Assembly (NCBI GenBank): GCA_963732915.1
Contig: CAVTBF010000003.1
Span: 675,970-739,969, forward strand
Source: an uncultured Actinomycetes bacterium
Lineage (GTDB): Bacteria; Actinomycetota; Thermoleophilia; Gaiellales; Gaiellaceae
Reading direction: 5' to 3'
Length of the DNA: 64,000 bases
Below, piece after piece: positions 60,861 to 64,000 of this stretch (the stretch's first letter is position 1; each line of letters starts with the position of its first letter). The position numbers and the translations under genes were made by a program. The notes beneath the pieces were generated by a model, which searched no databases, had not been told where the DNA came from, and saw only the letters and a program-made list of their open reading frames with translations.

Positions 60861-62492
60861 CTGGCAACGAAGGCGCCCGCAGCGACCCGCACCGTCCGCG
60901 ACCAGACGTTCGACCTCTTCCGCCGGCGCGGGCTGACGACGCTCTTTGCGAACCCCGGCTCGACGGAGATCCCGTTCCTCACCGGGATGCCGGACGACCT
61001 CGACTTCGTGCTCGGCCTGCACGAGGGCTCGGTCGTCGGCATGGCGTCGGGCTACGCGATCGGTCGCGACGAGCCGGCGCTCGTCCTCCTGCACACGACC
61101 GCGGGGCTCGGCAACGCCGTCGGCGCGCTCGCCACCGCGCGCGTCAACCGCGCGCCGCTCGTCGTCGTCGTCGGCCAGCAGGACCGCCGCCACATCGCCT
61201 ACGAGCCGTTCCTCGCCGGACGTCTCGAGGGGCTCGCCGGCAGCTACCCGGTCCGCGTCGAGCAGCCGTTGAGCGCCCAGGACGTCCCCGCCGCCCTCGA
61301 GCGCGCCTACCACGCGGCGGCGCTCGAACGGGGCCCGGCGCTCGTGATCGTGCCGATGGACGACTGGGCCGGTGCCGCCGACGAGGAGCGCGAGCCCGCG
61401 TCCGCGGTCGGCACGGTGCGACGCGCGGCCGCCGCCGACCGCGAGACGGTCGACGCGCTCGCCGCGTTCGTCGCGGAGGCCGAGTCGCCGGCGCTCGTCG
61501 TCGGCGCCGGCGCCGACACGCCGGAGACCTGGGCCGCGCTCGTCGCGCTGGCCGGCAAGCTCGTCGCGCCCGTGTACCAGGAGCCGTTCGGCGGTCGCGC
61601 CGGCTTCCCGCAGGACCACCCCCTCTTCGCCGGCGTGCTGCCGGCCGACCGGCCCCGCGTGCGGGAGGTGCTGGCGCCCTACGACACGGTCCTCGTCGTC
61701 GGCGCGCCCGCCTTCCGCCAGACCGCGTACATGCCCGGCTCGTTCACGGCCCCCGGCACGCGGATCGCGCTCGTCGCCGACGACGCCGAGGAGGTCTACC
61801 GCAGCCCGGCCCACCTCGCGGCCGTCGGCTCGCCGGCGAGCATCTGCGCCCAGCTGGCCGCCCGGCTCGAGCAGCGGGACGCCGAGCCGCCGGCGCTCCA
61901 CCTGCGGCCCGAGGCGCCGCCGCTGCCCGCGCCGGGCGAGCGTCTGACCGCCTCGCACGTCCTCGCCGAACTGGCGGCGCGGCTTCCACGCGAGGCGATC
62001 GTGCTCGAGGAGGCGCCGGTCGACCGGCCCGACATCCACGACCGCCTACCCGCCCGCGAGCCGCTCGGCTACCTGAGCGCCGCCCAGGGCGGCCTCGGCT
62101 TCGCGCTCCCGGCCGCCGCCGGGCTGCGCATGGCGCTGCCCGACCGGCCCGTGGTCGCGATCACGGGGGACGGCGCCGCGATCTACCAGATCCAGTCCGT
62201 CTGGAGCGCGCAGCGCTACGGCTGCGGCGCGCTGTACGTGATCCTCGCCAACGGCGGCTACACGATCATGGACCGCCTCGCCGAGAAGGCGGGCGGCGCC
62301 GGGCCGTGGCCCGGCTTCGAGGAGATCCAGCTCTCGGCGATCGCCCGCAGCTTCGGCTGCCCGGCCGAGCGGATCGAGACACACGACCAGCTCGTCTCGA
62401 CCCTCGACGAGGTCGTTCCGGGCCTCGCGGGCCGCACCGAGCCGCTCCTGCTCGACTGCGTGATCGAGCCCACCGGCTCGTTCAAGCCGTAA
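60861..62492 (+). CDS. Thiamine-diphosphate enzyme, benzoylformate decarboxylase-like; start codon uncertain
   Basis: 'LFANPGSTEIPFL', 'LLHTTAGLGNAVGAL', TPP motif 'ITGDGAAIYQIQSVWSAQRYG...ILANGGY'. No ATG/GTG/TTG near the homology start. CTG 60861 is used as a placeholder; GTG 60753 and ATG 60987 are alternatives. Confidence 0.8.
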   Translation: MATKAPAATRTVRDQTFDLFRRRGLTTLFANPGSTEIPFLTGMPDDLDFVLGLHEGSVVGMASGYAIGRDEPALVLLHTTAGLGNAVGALATARVNRAPLVVVVGQQDRRHIAYEPFLAGRLEGLAGSYPVRVEQPLSAQDVPAALERAYHAAALERGPALVIVPMDDWAGAADEEREPASAVGTVRRAAAADRETVDALAAFVAEAESPALVVGAGADTPETWAALVALAGKLVAPVYQEPFGGRAGFPQDHPLFAGVLPADRPRVREVLAPYDTVLVVGAPAFRQTAYMPGSFTAPGTRIALVADDAEEVYRSPAHLAAVGSPASICAQLAARLEQRDAEPPALHLRPEAPPLPAPGERLTASHVLAELAARLPREAIVLEEAPVDRPDIHDRLPAREPLGYLSAAQGGLGFALPAAAGLRMALPDRPVVAITGDGAAIYQIQSVWSAQRYGCGALYVILANGGYTIMDRLAEKAGGAGPWPGFEEIQLSAIARSFGCPAERIETHDQLVSTLDEVVPGLAGRTEPLLLDCVIEPTGSFKP

Positions 62493-62530
62493 GGGCCTCC
62501 CCGCCGCCTGGCGGAGCCGCCGACGCCGAC

Positions 62531-62637
62531 ATCCGGAACCCGGCTCCCGGACATCTTCGTCCACCCGGCCTTGCATTCCGGATCCGAAAACACTAAAGAT
62601 TGTCCCCTCGTCCGGTATCCGGAGTCGAGTTCCGGAT
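62531..62637. promoter_or_regulatory. Cluster of TTCCGGAT / ATCCGGAA octamers upstream of the binding-protein gene
   Basis: ATCCGGAA at 62531..62538. TTCCGGAT at 62576..62583 and 62630..62637. TCCGGTATCCGGA at 62611..62623. An AT-rich patch at 62586..62603 lies between them. Confidence 0.4.
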
Positions 62638-62708
62638 GCTCGAACGGAGTCGGCAGAGGACCACCCCACCCAAAGGCTCGACGGAGAGTCACAGAAAGGG
62701 AGGAGCGG

Positions 62709-64000
62709 ATGACGTTTCGGAGGGCACTGATCGCAGGCACGCTTGCGGCGGCGTTCGCGGCGGCTGTGGTCGTCACGGGCGCCGGCGCGGCACCGACTGC
62801 GAAGCCGCCCGGCATGGGCAAGGCGATGGCGTCCGGCGTCTGCGGAATGGGCACCGGCAAGAAGGCAACCGGCAAGCCGATCGTGATCGACGGGCTCGAC
62901 ATGCTGATTCCCGGCGTCGACTTCACGACGGTCGGCAAGACCGCAGCCGCCTACTTCGCCTGCGTCAACGACAACGGCGGCATCCATGGCCGCCCGGTCA
63001 AGTACACGCTCTACAGCGAGGCGCTCGACCCGAACCAGGAGAAGGCGCTCGCGAAGAAGATGGTCGAGTCGGACCACGCGATCGGCATCGTGGGCAACAC
63101 GAGCTTCGCCGAGTGCGGAACGAACTGGAAGTACTACAAGAGCAAGCACATGATCGTGATCGGCGCCGGCGTCCAGGCCGAGTGCTACTCGAAGCCCTCC
63201 TACGTCGAGGTGAACGCGGGCCCGCGCTACTCGAACGTCGGTGCCGCACAGGCGCTGATCGCCGCAGGAGCCAAGAAGCTCGCGATCGCTTCGCCGGACA
63301 CCATCTCGGCATACGCCGACGGCGGCCCGGCGCTCGTCGCCCAGAAGGCGGGCATTCCGGTGAAGGTCTACCCGACCCACCTGCCCGTCACCGACGCGAC
63401 GTCGCAGCTGCTGCAGATGTACCAGTTCGCCGGTAACGGCGGCGGCATCCTGATCGACTTCACCCCGGACACCGCGCCGGCCTTCCTGAAGGCCGCCGAG
63501 CAGCAGGGGATCGTCGACAAGGTGCTGTGGGGCTCGTCGACCCCGATCGCGAACACGTTCATGGCGAGCCAGTTCTCGCCCGCGTTCGACGGTCACCTCT
63601 GGATCGACAACGAGTTCTCGAACGTCGACCCGTCGGTCGGCCCGGACTCGGCCCTGATGTTCAGCATCCTCAAGCGGTACGCGCCGAAGATCGCCCCGCA
63701 GGCGTTCGCCCAGATGGGCTTCCTCGACGCGAAGTTCGCGACCCACGCGCTGCTGAGCATCAAGGGGGCAATCACCGCGCACTCGTACTACAAGGCGGTC
63801 GAGGGCCTGAAGAACCAGCGGACGGACATGCTCTGCAAGCCGTTCTACGTGGGCGGTCTGCCGTACCACATCCCGAACAACTCGAACATCATCGTCGACT
63901 ACAAGAACGGCCAGGTCGTGCAGAAGAAGCCGTGCACGGAGTTCCAGGCGGTCGACCCGGCCATCTCCCAGACTCGCCTGTGGGAGAAGAAGTACAACCT
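62709..64000 (+). CDS. ABC-transporter periplasmic solute-binding protein (LivK/Peripla_BP_6-like), 3'-truncated by the window end
   Basis: Translated by hand; absent from the track because no stop is reached. 'MTFRRALIAGTLAAAFAAAVVVTGAGAAP' signal peptide, then '...GIVGNTSFAECGTNWKYYK...'. GGGAGGAG SD 5 nt upstream. Confidence 0.8.
   Translation, partial: MTFRRALIAGTLAAAFAAAVVVTGAGAAPTAKPPGMGKAMASGVCGMGTGKKATGKPIVIDGLDMLIPGVDFTTVGKTAAAYFACVNDNGGIHGRPVKYTLYSEALDPNQEKALAKKMVESDHAIGIVGNTSFAECGTNWKYYKSKHMIVIGAGVQAECYSKPSYVEVNAGPRYSNVGAAQALIAAGAKKLAIASPDTISAYADGGPALVAQKAGIPVKVYPTHLPVTDATSQLLQMYQFAGNGGGILIDFTPDTAPAFLKAAEQQGIVDKVLWGSSTPIANTFMASQFSPAFDGHLWIDNEFSNVDPSVGPDSALMFSILKRYAPKIAPQAFAQMGFLDAKFATHALLSIKGAITAHSYYKAVEGLKNQRTDMLCKPFYVGGLPYHIPNNSNIIVDYKNGQVVQKKPCTEFQAVDPAISQTRLWEKKYN

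Overview
This is a very GC-rich, Actinomycetota-like chromosomal core region; the exact taxon cannot be determined from the sequence alone. It is almost entirely packed with primary-metabolism operons. I found no tRNA, rRNA, CRISPR array, transposase or prophage genes. Gene order from left to right: (1) a divergent histidine kinase and OmpR-type regulator pair, followed by a secreted cupredoxin-like protein. (2) A minus-strand block: microORF, pheA and chorismate mutase; leuB; a small HNH-repeat protein; a SAM-I riboswitch in front of a ThrC paralogue; and ilvD. (3) A minus-strand super-operon behind an Ile/Leu/Val-rich leader-peptide attenuator: short LeuA/CimA-like synthase, degenerate IPMDH-like protein, ilvB, ilvN, ilvC, hom, thrC and thrB. 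(4) amt (behind a promoter-plus-terminator leader), a universal stress protein, and gltB-gltD. (5) hisA, divergent from a TrpR/YerC-like gene that leads hisG-hisD-(hisC::hisB fusion)-hisH-hisF-hisIE. (6) Miscellaneous small genes: LLM oxidoreductase, histidine phosphatase, ABM, holin-like/DUF3618 pair, LysE and EthD. (7) argC-J-B-D-R-G-H-F, divergent from a solitary hypF. (8) An MFS transporter. (9) A protocatechuate operon (aldehyde dehydrogenase, pcaIJ, pcaHG, pcaB, pcaD, pcaC, pobA), divergent from an IclR regulator. (10) An amidase, a MetE-like protein, a benzoylformate-decarboxylase-like enzyme, and a 3'-truncated solute-binding protein. Most adjacent genes are joined by 4-nt ATGA/GTGA/TTGA stop-start overlaps. 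I see no obvious new defence-type system. The novelty candidates are regulatory RNAs and unusual gene architectures: the SAM-riboswitch-controlled ThrC paralogue, the HisC-HisB fusion, a palindrome spanning both start codons of hisA and the hisR-like gene, an IPMDH-like pseudoenzyme, an apparent gltD frameshift, and two inverted-repeat elements. The many long Arg/Gly/Pro-rich ORFs in the six-frame track are antisense or off-frame artefacts of the high GC content. CDS coordinates are tied to the ORF track. Coordinates of non-coding features were counted by hand and may be off by 1-2 nt.
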